64,000 nt of DNA, from positions 5,952,001 through 6,016,000 of the forward strand of contig NW_026889751.1 in assembly GCF_033153115.1 (NCBI RefSeq). Reading direction: 5' to 3'. Numbering within the stretch: position 1 is the first letter of the stretch; each line of letters opens with the position of its first letter. The stretch is from Saccostrea echinata. Taxonomy: Eukaryota. A program made the position numbers and the translations under genes. The notes under the pieces were generated by a model. It did no database searches, was not told where the DNA came from, and saw nothing but the letters and a program-made list of their open reading frames with translations. Below are positions 61,301 through 64,000 of the stretch, piece by piece.

Positions 61301-64000
61301 AAATGTATTCTAGAAATCACTCCAGAATTTTTAACCAATTTGTTCTTCTTTCAAAAATGAACAAATTTAATATTTCAAATTGATCAATTATTAATTGATT
61401 ATTGTGCATCCAATTATTCCGATAATCGATTATGAAAAAAATTCCCATTTCCCATCACTAAATATTAGGAATTATCACAACATTTTCACTATCTGTGGTT
61501 TTACCTTGCTGGTCTGCACTGGCATGAGATGATGTGAATGCGCTGATGGCGGGATACGTTACACTTGACATGGCAGCAATACAACCAGCCATCCATATCA
61601 CCCTGTATCAACAGATTTTTTTCAGCAACTTAACAAGAAACTAATTATTTCAATAAATATGCATTGTTGTCACAAACTTTTCAATTTTCTCATAAAAATG
61701 AAAGTTGTTAGAATCAAGGAGGTAGGCAGAGTGAAATTTATAATGTACTTTCACAAACTCATAATGTAGGCATATGAATTTCATTTTATAACAGAAAACA
61801 TGAAAATAACCACAATGAATCCATAGTTGTAAGCAGTAATCAGGGTGCTAGCTTTTGATAAGATACTTTTTAACACTGTTCTATTTCCTTATTGATCCCT
61901 TCATACCTACCATGTTTGAGATCCAAATCCAAAACAAGCCAGCTGTACGATTTCAAATACAAGACCAAACATAATGGCTCCTTTATGTCCTACATATTTC
62001 ATCAACAATGCTAAAATGAGTGTCTGAAAGTCGGGAAAAAAGATGAATTACTAATATTATTTTTCAGACATGGCTTCTGCACTGAGAATGACAATATACA
62101 CTTGTATGAAAGGATCAAAACTCTTTTTTTTTTCAATGCAAAATTTTCTGAACAATTGACAATTGACAGTACAGTTGACTTTTTTAAAAAGTGAAGTTCA
62201 GAGAAACTTTGAAAGTTCAGAAGTCCAACAAAATTACATTTTTTCTCAAAGGTTTCCAATATCTTACAATATGTATTACAAATACTACAAATTATTTGGG
62301 TAGGTGATACAATATACCAGGTAAAGGTAAAAATAATACATATTCATTAATTAAGTAAAAACACGAAAACCTTACTTGAGCAACAACAGACAAGACTCCA
62401 ACCATAGCTATATATGAAGCAACTTCTTGAGCTGAGAACATCATAACCTAGGAAAAAATAACATACCGTTTATTCTCCTTTTTTTAAATTCTTCTTCAGT
62501 TTAATAAATTTTAATTTTCACTGTATCTGTTCATTTACTTTCACATATTTTTTAAAGAAAAACATAAAATATGGATGAGTTACAGTCAAACCTTGTTATC
62601 TCGAACTTGATGGGACCGAGAAAATACTTCGAGATATCCGAGGATTCAAGATATCAAGAGTAAAATACTTAAGAAATAACTTCAAAATCACATCGACATA
62701 TCCATGGTATTCGAGATATCAGTGTTCGAGATACATGTACCAAAGTTCAACTGTAATGTGTTATAGCTATACTTACTAATCTCAGGTAAACAAAGAAACA
62801 TGAATATTCCCCAGCCTCGGGAAGATAGGACAGAAACACAGCTACACAGAGCAATAATATTAACTTGTCATGACCTATTTTCTTTAATGCCTGAAATAAG
62901 AAAAAAGACTACCGTAAATATAAACCAGTAAATTACATTGTATGTACATGTATATTTTGGAGCAGGCTCAGATGCCTACGTACATGTGCTTCTATAAAAT
63001 GATCTGCTGTTGACAAGGACCTGACATCTGCTCACAAAGGTAGGTGTACATGCATGTCATACTGCCATGTTCACCTTTTTTGACAGTTATCAGACAGGTG
63101 AACAAAGCATGACTTACATGTATTGAACAGCAAGTAGTGTTCCAGGATTATTATGTCAGATCTACACAAAATTTTTCATAATACATATACATGTACTATA
63201 CATACAGGTATCCTCTGTATCGTTTTATCTCTTACTAAGAACTGATGTTTTATTTTTTGCTTCAGTTTGTTTTTCTTCCATTTAGAGAAAATACTTGCAA
63301 ATTATTAAAGACCCACTTATAGGTTATTTCTGATATTAATTTTCTGAGGATGATCCTAATATTTCTAAGAACATGTATATATTGTTTTTCTGAAAATGAA
63401 CTTACACCTAATGGGTCTGCTTTCTCCCAGGAAATCTGTGATCCCCAGTTAGCTGGGCGTAGTTTATCCGGCAGTGATTCCGGTACTGCCACTAATATGA
63501 ATAGAATATCTAAAACTGCTACAGCTGTTGCCAGCCATATCACAAAATTGTCACTATAAACTTTTCCTAGATAAGCACCTAATGCTGGACTAGTAACTAA
63601 ACTGGCTGCAAATGTAGCTGACACCTGAAATATAGTAAGAATACAGGTAAAAGTATACAATTACTGCAAAAATTTAAGTACATATTTTTTTCTCTCTCTC
63701 TAAATGTGCCATTTTTAAACAACAAAGTTCAAAGAAATTCATATTTCCCTCTTCATAGGTGATATTTAATACAACTATGGAGATATATTAATAAAACTTG
63801 AAATTTAAACATTCCTTTTAGATCACTTTGCATTCAAGCTGTAGGCAGTTTCTGGTGCAGGGACTTTAATTCCAACAGTCATACTAAAAATATATGTATA
63901 ATTACTTACCAAACCATAGGCCTGACCACGATCCTCCTCTGTGGTAATGTCAGCCACATATGCAAATACAACACTAAATGTCACAGCAAATATACCAGAT
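58359..64000 (-). CDS. MFSD14A: MFSD14/HIAT1 major facilitator transporter, 3' portion (5' end beyond the window)
   Basis: Exons 63910-64000 (partial), 63406-63624, 62777-62890, 62376-62447, 61911-62023, 61505-61602, 59719-59894, 58630-58795, 58359-58417. Family-typical peptides FAVTFSVVFAYVADIT, VSATFAASLVTSPALGAYL, LSYLPEAGEYSCFFVYLR, QGIITGIRGLCNGLGPAL and VPGPPFAFGA, with a C-terminal dileucine-like DQSPLI. The invertebrate gene is probably co-orthologous to MFSD14A/B. Confidence 0.92.
61095..61460. mobile_element. hAT-type MITE with 8-bp TSD
   Basis: AATATTAG|TAGTGATG ... CATCACTA|AATATTAG, with subterminal AATCGATT repeats. Confidence 0.85.
62583..62753. mobile_element. Short Tigger/pogo-like MITE family member
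   Basis: TA|CAGTCAAACC...TTCGAGATATC...TTCAACTG|TA. Other copies at 59293-59440, 57192-57352 (inverted), 28164-28290 and 29430-29517. Confidence 0.75.

Noticed and set aside
3324-64000. All five genes on one strand as a functional cluster or operon
   Set aside because: Unrelated functions and multi-kb spacers. Co-orientation of four independent loci is easily due to chance.

Overview
AT-rich, intron-rich eukaryotic DNA. The repeat families and gene content point to a bivalve mollusc, most likely an oyster (inference). There are five protein-coding loci, all on the minus strand. (1) An intronless 698-aa Mab-21/cGAS-like receptor (cGLR) with an intact nucleotidyltransferase motif and a helical TPR-like C-terminus (3324-5420). 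(2) A complete CENP-E/kinesin-7 gene reconstructed by hand as 31 GT-AG, phase-consistent coding exons, about 2299 aa, ending in a CaaX box CATQ (9756-37687). (3, 4) A tandem pair of 3-exon genes encoding small proteins with an N-terminal CBM20 glycogen/starch-binding domain (43693-45046 and 51749-53878). (5) The 3' part of an MFSD14/HIAT1 transporter (58359 to window end). Introns and intergenic DNA hold many non-autonomous elements: Helentron/pearl-type elements with ~150-170 bp internal tandem arrays (one nested in another), Kolobok-, hAT-, Mutator- and pogo-type MITEs with visible target-site duplications, and tRNA-derived SINEs. The best leads are the CBM20 pair (CRE-rich promoters, apparent exon homogenisation), the cGLR-TPR receptor, and rewired regulatory motifs in CENP-E. 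No prokaryotic-type system, CRISPR array or autonomous transposon was found. All coordinates were read by eye and no searches were run.
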